Shown one piece after another: positions 1-8,653 of a stretch of DNA of 32,386 bases (its first letter is position 1; each line of letters opens with the position of its first letter). The translations under genes were made by a program, and so were the position numbers. Origin of the DNA: Pedosphaera sp. (GTDB lineage Bacteria > Verrucomicrobiota > Verrucomicrobiia > Limisphaerales > UBA9464); NCBI GenBank assembly GCA_009695405.1, contig SIAZ01000003.1:1-32386 (forward strand). The letters run 5' to 3'. A model generated the notes under the pieces. That model did no database searches and was not told the origin of the DNA. It saw nothing but the letters and a program-made list of their open reading frames with translations.

Positions 1-97
1 TCATCACAGGCAAGGTCGTCGCTTCCACATTCCAAACATCTGGCCTTTCAGGCCTTCAAGGCAATGGAAACTCCCGGTTGCTGGAAACCACTGGACC

Positions 98-1243
98 TCA
101 GAGACAACCGATCATGGAGGTCAACCCACTGAAAACGTCGAGGAACCATTTTTCAACTAATGGAAAATCATTCTTATATTTTAAACATCGTTGATGCCAT
201 TCGTTTTTACAAGATGTTACATCCTCCAAAAGTAGTTTATTTATAAACTCCTTACAATCAGAATTAATTGTGATATCATAACGAGAGTGTTTCTTCAATT
301 CTCCTTCATCGTTATTAACCATCACAATTTTTACTTCTGGCGCAAAATTGTTTATATTGTATCCTGTTTGTGGAAGAGATAATCTACTTCCAAGTACTAT
401 TAATAAATCACTGTTTTGTATTACGAAATTTGCGCATCGTTGTCCATATAATCCTGGACATCCAAAGTTATAATCATGATCAAATGGAAGATTATCAATA
501 CCAGACCAAGAAAGTACGACTGGAATTTTTAACTTTTCAATTAATTGTTTTAATTCTGTTTGTGATTTGGATAGTCTTACACCATGCCCAGCAAGAATTA
601 CAGGACGAACAGAATTTTTAACTAAATCTACTACATTTGATAAATTATATTCTTCTTTATAATTTACAGGCAATTCATATCTGATCAAATCTTCTTTATT
701 TAGAATTGCAGACTGCATATCCATTGGAATATCTACCCATACAGGTCCTGGCCTTCCCTCGGTAGTGATATAATATGATTCTTCTAATGAAGACAACAAT
801 TGTGATTTACTTTTAATTATAGTACTAAATTTAACGGTGTCTTTTACCATTTTAGATACATTAAATCCTTGAGTACCCAACATTCTTAAATGTGGATGTT
901 CATTGACATATTTTGCAGATTCTTGACCAGAAATTACGATACAAGGAATTGAATCTGCCCAATTACACAAAACACCAGTAATAGCATTAGATGCACCCGC
1001 ACCAGCGGTAACAATTGCTGCGGTAACTTTTCCTGTTGTTCTATAATACGATCCGGCTGCCATTACAACAGCTTATTCGTGATGCATATAAATTATTTTT
1101 GTATATCCTTTACGTGCAATTGAATTAAATATATAAGAATTTGCTGCTCCAATTATACCAAATACTGTATGTATTTCTTTTTCTTCAAAAAAATCTGCAA
1201 TTAAATCTGCAGCTAAATAATTATTTTCGTTATACTTTACCAT
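98..1243 (-). pseudogene. ThDP-binding acetolactate-synthase-like enzyme, with an internal TAA and no C-terminal domain
   Basis: Manual translation from ATG 1243 gives MVKYNENNYLAADLIADFFEEKEIHTVFGIIGAANSYIFNSIARKGYTKIIYMHHE*AVVMAAGSYYR. TAA at 1073-1075 replaces the Q of the HHEQ motif. GRPGPVWVDIPMD and the central domain (RPVILAGHG, SDLLIVLGSRL) are present. Homology appears to end near 147, before the GDG ThDP-binding motif; the last ~15 codons are read from flanking DNA. Confidence 0.85.
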
Positions 1244-1338
1244 GTAATATTTTGTTTATAAAAATTGACAATTTCTTTTAATTCTAAGTCAAATTCACAT
1301 TTTGGCGACCATCCAAGACATCTCAATTTGTCATCATT
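146..1338. other. AT-rich foreign DNA segment (roughly 30% GC by spot count, against roughly 50-55% in the flanks)
   Basis: Abrupt composition shift near 146-150 and 1331-1340. Spot counts of two 60-nt lines gave 19/60 and 13/60 G+C. Both boundaries cut through coding sequence. Confidence 0.9.
1237..1335 (-). pseudogene. C-terminal fragment of an NAD-dependent epimerase/dehydratase (dTDP-glucose 4,6-dehydratase-like)
   Basis: DDKLRCLGWSPKCEFDLELKEIVNFYKQNITW* matches the typical extended-SDR tail (K..LGW.P...F...L...V..Y). Its stop overlaps the start of the ThDP gene (ATGGTAA). Confidence 0.75.
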
Positions 1339-1488
1339 CGCATTTCCATTGAACGGGTAATACGCAACCAAACCCTCCTTTAGGAATGCGGGTTGAGCCA
1401 GTGCTGATAGGCTAAACAGAAGTCCAACGAGTAGGTTGAACACGGTGATGGGACGCCAACGGATGGGTCTGGTAGACAGAGGGTTCAT
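1332..1488 (-). pseudogene. N-terminal fragment of a secreted LamG/concanavalin-A-like protein
   Basis: A signal peptide (FNLLVGLLFSLSALAQ) is followed by GLVAYYPFNGNAND, the common lead-in of LamG-like jellyroll domains (usually continuing ESGNG). The sequence then switches to AT-rich DNA. Confidence 0.75.
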
Positions 1489-1681
1489 AGGTGGGTTGGA
1501 ATGACTTGGTGCTGGTGACTGCTGACCTTTTGGCAATTTGAGCAGAAGCAATGTTGCTAGGAAACCAAGATTTTGACCGTTACAAAAAAAAGGTGCTGGA
1601 AATGCGGATTTCGGGCGGAAACAGCAGTTTTGCCCGTGAAATCGGCACAATAGGGTGGTGGTCGAGTCTACTAGAATGCGG

Positions 1682-1896
1682 TCCAAGGTGCCCAACAGTT
1701 GCCCAACAAGTCACTGCGCTCAAACGCCTGTAACGCAGCAGCACAAAAATGACTCGCCAAATGCGAAAAACCCCTGTGTTTACGGCACTTCGGTGAACAT
1801 TAGTGATTCCTGTGCGCCGGGAGCTTGACTATAAATGGGCGGATGTTCCCTGTTGTGTAACAGGTTACAAAACCGTGCTCCCAAGGTTTCCAACAA
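1682..1896. repeat. Short direct repeats resembling tyrosine-integrase arm-type sites
   Basis: TGCCCAACA occurs at 1689-1697 and 1700-1708. TCCAAGGTGCCCAACA (1682-1697) is echoed by CCCAAGGTTTCCAACA (1880-1895). A palindrome TGTAAC-AG-GTTACA lies at about 1856-1869. The repeats are seen directly; the function is inferred. Confidence 0.45.
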
Positions 1897-2309
1897 CCGA
1901 TTGTGCGAGATCGAATCAAAATATTTTGCAACATCCAACTTCAGAAACCACCCATGCTTCCCAAGGCGAATTCATCTGGATTTGGGAATGGGCTAAAGAC
2001 CCTCTGGCGATCTAACTTTTTATTGACTGAAGGTTCCCTGGGTGCGTCGTGCGTTGTCTGGGTGACGTTTCACGGAAGAGAGTTTTTATTTTAGGGCTTT
2101 TTATCCTTGCCCTCATACATAGCAGGAATTTGCTTTATTGACGCGGAGGGTAAAGTCATGGCAGCGGCGTTTTATAGGCCCTTGCCTTTTGGGTATCCGC
2201 GAATGTGTTCTTGATTGGCCTCCACGGCCACAAACCATCCTACCGAATGCAGGGCATTGACTAATCAGCGACCGGTCGCTTTTGGCGTGGTGAGGTTGTC
2301 GCAGGATCG

Positions 2310-3026
2310 TTAGATGGCCAGGATCGCCACCTCGGTCGGGCCGTCGCCGCTGATGTGCAGCACCTTGCCTTTGGCGTCGAGGATCACGACCCGTTCCTTT
2401 TGAAAAGACATGCCCTCAGTCTGGGTGGCGACGAAGTTCTAGTCCAAGGTGAGCTTGAGGGTGACCACGTGGACGTCAGTAAAACTTTTGTCAGCGAGCT
2501 TGAACTCCTTGTGGAACTTGACGTTGGCGTGGTAGTTAAGGCGACTGGAAGGCTGGGTATAGCGTTTGAGGTTCTGCTTGCCGTATTTTTCAACCAAGTC
2601 CGAATAATAGGCGACGGCGGCGGCGGTGATCGCACAGGGAATACGGATGCCGAGTTGCTCTTTGTACCACCATACCTTGTTTCCGACGGGCAGCAGCGCT
2701 TCTTTCGGCTGGGCCAAGCCGCGCGGGTCGCTGCGGTCGCGGGCATCCGCGGCCTTGCGCAGTTCCTCTTTTGACGGTTGAGCCGCTTCGGCAGCGGCGA
2801 TCATGGCGGACTGCTTGTTATCCGTGGCTTCGCGGCGGATGGAGACTTGGTGTTTCGTCGGGTCGGCCGGCCAATCTCTCGGCTTGAAGTCCGGCAGTAT
2901 GTCTGCCGTAACGGACCCGGAAAACGCGAGCCACGCCATGAACGCGGCAGTCCCAAAGATTGCGGGGCACGATATGGCGCGACGGAACCGCGGCGCCAAT
3001 AGGTGATTTAGGACAAGGAATTCCAT
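2310..3026 (-). pseudogene. Hypothetical exported protein with one in-frame TAG
   Basis: Signal-peptide-like N-terminus and GC3-rich codons. Past TAG 2439-2441 the same frame continues with the same codon style as NFVATQTEGMSFQKERVVILDAKGKVLHISGDGPTEVAILAI to TAA at 2310-2312. Confidence 0.65.
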
Positions 3027-3377
3027 CGGGATTTGGGTGTGATCAGTTACGACTTAAATATAGATGACACTCGAAGAAGGATTCGCATAGAAATTATTGG
3101 ATCGCTATAGAGAGCATCTGCGGCGGGATGCAAGGTTGAATTTATTTTGGAGACTTCTCGCCTTCGGATGGCGCGACTTGTTCTGCAAATTGATTCCGAT
3201 CCTACTTTTCTCTGTAAGTTTTTTTAAAAAAGCACAGTTCTATGAAAAATGGAGGATGGCTCCGCACACTGTACAATTAAAAAGATCGCCTGTGATTGAG
3301 TAAATCGATGGCCTGCAATTTTTATCGATTATCACTGAATCGGAATTCTAATCCAAGATTTGGGACAAAAATGCCCT

Positions 3378-4571
3378 ATGAAACGAGCTGACATCCAGAA
3401 AATCCAAGAGGCAGGACTCATCACTGAGGGGCAAGAACAGAAGATTATCTCCCACTTTAATCTCATCGAGGAAGGCAGTTCGTTCTTCGCTATCACTTCC
3501 CTCATCGGTGCGGCGCTGGCGATCACCGGCATCACCCTGCTCATCTCCGCCAACTGGGAGGAAATACCGCGCGGCGTAAAGATTGCTGTTGGACTGGTGC
3601 TCATGCTTGGAGCGCACGGTGCGGGTTGGTGGCTGCGTGAGGTAATGGGTAACTACCGCAAGATCGGTGAGGCGCTAAACTTGATTGGCTCGGGACTGTT
3701 CCTCGCCAACATTGCTCTTATTGGCCAAATTTATCATCTGGTCTCGCGACCGCCCAATGCGTTGCTGCTTTGGCTGGCAGGCATCTCGGCGATGCCATGG
3801 ATTCTGAGGTCCAAGGCTCAACATGTTTTGGTGCTGATCGGTTTCGGCGTTTGGTTCGGAATGGAGATCAACGAACGCGACAGGTTCGCTTATTTCGGCG
3901 GCAATGAGAATCAAATCGTCCTCTATAGCCTTCTAGGAATAATCTATTTGGGCTTCGGTTACGTGCTGCGGCGGACGCGATTTGAAACCTTCGCCAAAGT
4001 CACCGAACAACTCGGCCTTATTACAATGCTGGCGTTCGCATATCCACTCACCTGGGGCATCAATCATGGCCATCACCTGCCCGACGAGCAGGGTTGGATA
4101 TTCATAGTGATCATAGTGATGTGCACAGTGGCGCTCACACTGGTGGTGGCGGGCGCTTCTTCCCTAAAACATCTGGATCGGCAGTGGCGTTGGACTTGGA
4201 GGGGGGCCTTGACAGCATTGGTCGCGTTGTCGGCCGGCCAATTTTATCTTGCACATAGCGAAGTGATCCGTACCGCGGATTCCGGTTATCACTGGATCGC
4301 GGCAACGGTCTTGTTCGTGTTCTGTTTGCTACAGATTCAGGTCGGCCTCCGGGAACGCTCGCGGTTTATGATCAACCTCGGCACCGCTTTTATCGCTCTG
4401 GATATTTTCGCTATCTACATCCGGCTTATAGACTCGATGGCGCGCACTGGGACGATGTTTCTCGCCTCCGGGGTTTTCCTCATTGGATTTGGCGTCTATC
4501 TCGAAAAGAAGCGGCGCAGGCTCATGCAACAGATTAAGCCAGACGGGGCCAACTCGGAGGCCATCGTATGA
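3378..4571 (+). CDS. DUF2157 domain membrane protein
   Basis: GLITEGQEQKI, LLISANWEEIP and ANIALIGQIYHL motifs, about 11-12 hydrophobic segments, and a GVYLEKKRRRL tail. ATG 3378 preferred over the TTG at 3360. Confidence 0.85.
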   Translation: MKRADIQKIQEAGLITEGQEQKIISHFNLIEEGSSFFAITSLIGAALAITGITLLISANWEEIPRGVKIAVGLVLMLGAHGAGWWLREVMGNYRKIGEALNLIGSGLFLANIALIGQIYHLVSRPPNALLLWLAGISAMPWILRSKAQHVLVLIGFGVWFGMEINERDRFAYFGGNENQIVLYSLLGIIYLGFGYVLRRTRFETFAKVTEQLGLITMLAFAYPLTWGINHGHHLPDEQGWIFIVIIVMCTVALTLVVAGASSLKHLDRQWRWTWRGALTALVALSAGQFYLAHSEVIRTADSGYHWIAATVLFVFCLLQIQVGLRERSRFMINLGTAFIALDIFAIYIRLIDSMARTGTMFLASGVFLIGFGVYLEKKRRRLMQQIKPDGANSEAIV

Positions 4572-5125
4572 AACTGAGACTTTTCCTCCTCAGTCTCGCG
4601 CTGCAGACCGCTTGGGTTATCGGCACCACCTACCAGCAGGAATACGCGTTGCGCGTGGGCAAGACCGTGCTGCTCGAGGCCGAACTCATTGATCCTCGCG
4701 ATTTGTTGCGTGGCGATTATCTGATCCTCAAGTACCGGATCAATTCCATTCCGGTGGAACGTTTTTTACCGACCGTCAATGCTAACATGGCCGAGGGCAA
4801 AAATATATTTGTCGCGATCGCCCTAAACACCAACGGATTTTATCAAGTTGCGCGTGCTAGCACCAATGAATTCCCGCTGTTAGCAGGTGAGGTTCTCCTC
4901 ATCGGCAAGAGCGCAAGGGGAAATTGGATTAGCACCAACTCAGTTCAGGTTAATTACGGTCTCGAGCGCTACTACGTTGGCGAGGGCCTCGGCAATCCCA
5001 AGGGCAAACTCACGGTGCAGGCCGCTGTACCGTCATCCTCACAACCAATCATCAAGCAGGCTTTCCTAGACGGAACCCCTTACGCTGAGGCAATGAGGAA
5101 ACAGGTCGAGCATTCGGATCGGTAA
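4568..5125 (+). CDS. GDYXXLXY domain protein
   Basis: DPRDLLRGDYLILKY and YGLERYYVGEG motifs. ATGA overlap with the DUF2157 gene, its usual partner. Confidence 0.9.
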   Translation: MKLRLFLLSLALQTAWVIGTTYQQEYALRVGKTVLLEAELIDPRDLLRGDYLILKYRINSIPVERFLPTVNANMAEGKNIFVAIALNTNGFYQVARASTNEFPLLAGEVLLIGKSARGNWISTNSVQVNYGLERYYVGEGLGNPKGKLTVQAAVPSSSQPIIKQAFLDGTPYAEAMRKQVEHSDR

Positions 5126-5224
5126 AAACGCTGGGGGCGACACCAATCCCCTCTACGAATTGACCCCTTGACGTCGCAAAAAATGATCAGGCGAAAAAAA
5201 CCTCTGATTTTCTGTCTCCAGCGC

Positions 5225-6037
5225 TTAATCCAAGTGCGGGTCAATAAACCGTGGGCACTGACTTAAAAAGCGAACCGGATTTTCATAAATAACCCGGTCG
5301 ATAGCTTTGGGCGACCATCCACGACGACGCATTTCTAAGGCCGTTCTTGGAATTGCCAAGGGGACACTCTCGCCCCAATCACACGCCGAGTTCATCCAAA
5401 GGCGCTCACTGCCATAGAGATCTAAAATATCAACGGCTCTGGCCGGACTACACTTGCTGATTGGATACAAGGTCATCCCTGCCCAATGGCCGCGCTCCAA
5501 AACTTGGCGGACGGTATGTTCCTCCACATGGTCGATCAAAACTCGTTCAGGTCGAATTCGAGCATCCGCTCTTAAGACGTCTAGTATTAGCTGAGTTCCT
5601 TTCAGCTTATCCTCCAGATGTGGCGTGTGAACGAGGATCAACTGATTCTCTCGAGCGGCGAGGTCAATGTGCTGCTCTAACACTTTCAACTCATTGCGGG
5701 TATTCTTGTTCAACCCAATTTCACCAATCCCCAAAACCGTCGGTGCCCCCAAGAATTCTGGGATCACTTGTAGGACGTCTTCCGCTAACTTGACGTCCTC
5801 CGATTCCTTCGGATTGATGCATAGCCAGCAGTAGTGAGGCAGTCCATATTTGGCGGCTCTCGCCGGTTCGTACTCAGTTAATTGCCGAAAGTAATCTCGA
5901 AAACCGTCAGATGAAGATCGATCGAAGCCAGCCCAAAAAGCAGGTTCACACACCGCCGCACACCCTGCGGTAACCATATCCAAGTAGTCATCCGTTGTCC
6001 GGTTGACCATGTGTCCGTGAGGTTCAATATAGCGCAT
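5225..6037 (-). CDS. TatD-family metallohydrolase (EboB-like subfamily)
   Basis: HGHM..RTTDDY, EPAFWAG, IGEIGL, VHTPH, IDH and NSACDWG motifs. Confidence 0.85.
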   Translation of the reverse strand: MRYIEPHGHMVNRTTDDYLDMVTAGCAAVCEPAFWAGFDRSSSDGFRDYFRQLTEYEPARAAKYGLPHYCWLCINPKESEDVKLAEDVLQVIPEFLGAPTVLGIGEIGLNKNTRNELKVLEQHIDLAARENQLILVHTPHLEDKLKGTQLILDVLRADARIRPERVLIDHVEEHTVRQVLERGHWAGMTLYPISKCSPARAVDILDLYGSERLWMNSACDWGESVPLAIPRTALEMRRRGWSPKAIDRVIYENPVRFLSQCPRFIDPHLD

Positions 6038-6239
6038 CGGATTTGGAAAATCAGTGAATCAACAAGTAAGTTCCCCTGCGGTCCTTCAGTTTCAGTCTCA
6101 GTCTGTCCAATCAGGAACCTCAGCAAACACTCTCAGTCATCGTTTTTTGAAACAATGAACAGGTATTAGTGATTCGGCAAGATCCCCTCCAGATTTTGAT
6201 CTGACACGTCCACATAGTTCGGCTCTCTCCCCTTCTCAA

Positions 6240-7442
6240 TCAGGCATTTTCGAGACTGTCTCCCGCCCGTTGTGCCCATCGTAATTTCGCCGAAGCCGAG
6301 CGCGGATTGGCTCGGATTTCTTCAGGACTAGGTCGAGTTATTCCGTCGGCGATAACCTCATAAAGACCGTTTCTTAAGCCCTCTTGAAAGGCTTTTTTAA
6401 CCCGTCGATCTTCGCCAGAATGAAAGGTCAGAATGGCGACCCGACCTCCAGGAAAAAGGCACAGAGGCAGCTGACGTAATAAGGCATCTAGGACACCAAA
6501 TTCATCATTCACTTCGATTCGCACAGCCTGAAATATCCGGCGTATGCGTGCATCGGCCTCAACTTTGTCTTGGGTCAATCGATGATCTCGCAAAACTTGA
6601 TTGATAATCCCCGAAAGCTGACGGGTTCGCAGGATAGGCTGAGTCGTCCGTGCCGCCACAATTTCCCGCGCCAAAAGAGCCGCCGCCGGCTCATCCGCAT
6701 TCTCCTCCAAGGCTGCTGCCAAAGCTATTTCAGTTATCGAGGCCAACCAATCGGCAGCCGAAAGGCCGCGGGTTGGATTGAACCGCAAATCCAGAGGTCC
6801 ATCCGCCTTAAAACTGAACCCTCGGGAAGGGTCATCGAGTTGCATGGATGACACACCTAGATCGAGCAAAATAGCATCCGCGCCTGCTAATCCATGCGCT
6901 CTTAATCCGGCGGCGAGTCCAGCGAAATTGCTGCGCACCGGCGTAAAGACATCCGCCCCAAAACCGAGGGCACCTAATCGCTCGACGGTTCGTGGCTGTT
7001 CCAGCGGATCGACATCAAAGCCCAATAACCGCCCGCCGGGAACAATCCGTGCTAGCAGTTCACGGGCATGTCCCCCAAACCCGAGGGTGCCATCAGCGAC
7101 CGTGTCGCCGGGTTCCAATTCTAAAAGCTCCAAGATTTCATGCACAAGAATCGGGCGGTGTGTTCCTGCCAAAGTTTTGCCTGAAGCTTCGATCTTAGCA
7201 ATTTCTAGGGCATACCGTTGAGGATCCCGCTCTTTATACTTTTCCTCAAATCGACGCGGATTCTTTCCAACATATCGGACTCGACGCGCCGACCGAACCG
7301 GAGTCGTTGTTGGTATTTCATCTGCACCGACTGGATTCTTCTGAGTTTCAGAATTCATAAAAGAAGGAACATCCAAGGAGCGCGACGAGCGCGCTACGGG
7401 AGGGATGCCAGAGTTAGGATGAAGCTGAGACTCAACTGACAT
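6240..7442 (-). CDS. rsmH: 16S rRNA (C1402-N4)-methyltransferase RsmH family, paralog with N-terminal extension
   Basis: HRPIL, DGTLGFGGHA, LLDLGVSSMQLD, GFSFKADGPLDLR, TFHSGEDRRVK and NPRSASAKLR. The start could be 7442 or 7358. Confidence 0.9.
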   Translation of the reverse strand: MSVESQLHPNSGIPPVARSSRSLDVPSFMNSETQKNPVGADEIPTTTPVRSARRVRYVGKNPRRFEEKYKERDPQRYALEIAKIEASGKTLAGTHRPILVHEILELLELEPGDTVADGTLGFGGHARELLARIVPGGRLLGFDVDPLEQPRTVERLGALGFGADVFTPVRSNFAGLAAGLRAHGLAGADAILLDLGVSSMQLDDPSRGFSFKADGPLDLRFNPTRGLSAADWLASITEIALAAALEENADEPAAALLAREIVAARTTQPILRTRQLSGIINQVLRDHRLTQDKVEADARIRRIFQAVRIEVNDEFGVLDALLRQLPLCLFPGGRVAILTFHSGEDRRVKKAFQEGLRNGLYEVIADGITRPSPEEIRANPRSASAKLRWAQRAGDSLENA

Positions 7443-7445
7443 TCC

Positions 7446-8522
7446 CTAATCGAAAGCCGCCTTCAGGTCGGCAACAAAACTGTGAATATCCTCCTCGCGG
7501 GTATCCCACGAGCACATTAAACGACAACCACCATCGCCGATAAAATTGTAGAATAGCCAACCCTTAGCCCACAATTTTTGGATGATTGGCTTTGGTAAAT
7601 CGACAAAAACGCTGTTCACCTGACGAGGAAAAAGAAGGGTTGCGCCCGGAATATCGACGATCAGTGACTGCATCAGAGCGGCCATGGAATTGGCATGGAC
7701 CGCATGACGCAACCACACTCCATTTTGCAGCATCCCCAGCCACGGGGCTGACATAAACCTCATTTTTGAGCAAAGCTGCCCAGCTTGTTTGGCTCGATAA
7801 GCAAATTCATCGGCCAATCCTAAATTAAAGAAGACCACCGTTTCTCCGACATGAATCCCGTTCTTAGTTCCGCCAAAGGAGAGGACATCCACTCCCGCTT
7901 GCCAAGTTAGTTCCCTTGGAGCCACTCCGAGAGCGGATACGGCGTTGGCAAAGCGGGCCCCGTCCATGTGATAACGCAGGCCGAGTTTCTTACTCATAGC
8001 CCCGATCGCCCTCAACTCTTGAGGCGTGTACACGGTGCCCACTTCGGTCGGTTGGGTGACCGTGACCACTTTAGGTTTTGGATAGTGAATATCGGACCGT
8101 CGCCGCACGGCATCCTCCATGCCATCAGGAGTTAATTTGCCATGAGCACCCGGCAGTAACAGGAGCTTAGATCCATTGCTGAAAAACTCGGGTGCCCCGC
8201 ACTCATCCTTTTCTACATGCGCCACCTCATGACACAAGACACTATGATAACTCTGACAACAGGTGGCCAAAGCCAACGAATTTGCGGCAGTTCCATTGAA
8301 GACAAAGAAGACTTCGCACGGTGTCTCAAAAACTTCTCGAATCAGATCCGCAGCGCGCTGAGTCCATTGATCATCCCCATAAGCTCGTTCATGATTCTGA
8401 TTCGCCTCAGCGAGTGCTGCCCATGCTTCTGGGGTAATTCCTGCATAATTATCCGAAGCAAAGTGTCGGCGCGGGCCGGTTGTCGCGGCATTCATAGAAC
8501 GATTGGATTGGATCAGACTCAT
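7446..8522 (-). CDS. ltaE: Low-specificity L-threonine aldolase (PLP)
   Basis: FASDNYAG, FNGTAANSLAL, HMDGARFANA and SFGGTKNG (PLP Lys). Start is 8522 or 8495. Confidence 0.9.
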   Translation of the reverse strand: MSLIQSNRSMNAATTGPRRHFASDNYAGITPEAWAALAEANQNHERAYGDDQWTQRAADLIREVFETPCEVFFVFNGTAANSLALATCCQSYHSVLCHEVAHVEKDECGAPEFFSNGSKLLLLPGAHGKLTPDGMEDAVRRRSDIHYPKPKVVTVTQPTEVGTVYTPQELRAIGAMSKKLGLRYHMDGARFANAVSALGVAPRELTWQAGVDVLSFGGTKNGIHVGETVVFFNLGLADEFAYRAKQAGQLCSKMRFMSAPWLGMLQNGVWLRHAVHANSMAALMQSLIVDIPGATLLFPRQVNSVFVDLPKPIIQKLWAKGWLFYNFIGDGGCRLMCSWDTREEDIHSFVADLKAAFD

Positions 8523-8653
8523 GGCGCAAAAAACTTCGACTAAAACTATATTTATCAAGTGAGCATAACAGATAAAAAAAGGAGCCGGGCGAACCCAGAT
8601 CTTTGCGGTCAAAAGTCGCTACTTGAAACAGCAGCTTGGCCCACCGACACCCA

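Noticed and set aside
1489-1695. N-terminal 69 aa of ORF 1237..1695
   Set aside because: Looks like chance open frame upstream of the signal-peptide ATG at 1488.
1682-1896. CRISPR array
   Set aside because: Repeats are only 9-16 bp, irregularly spaced, and no cas genes are present.
1551-2094. Short ORFs 1551-1733, 1803-2015 and 1903-2094
   Set aside because: No recognisable motifs, they overlap the repeat region and each other, and they have weak starts.
2355-3006. Plus-strand ORFs 2355-2774, 2778-3002 and 2803-3006
   Set aside because: Antisense shadows of the GC3-rich minus-strand gene.
3097-3303. 68-aa ORF between the divergent genes
   Set aside because: TTG start, no motif, and located in a probable promoter region.
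1797-6175. ATTAGTGATTC shared by about 1799-1809 and 6166-6176 as island-flanking repeats
   Set aside because: An 11-bp match is expected by chance in 32 kb, and it would enclose the core-like TatD gene.
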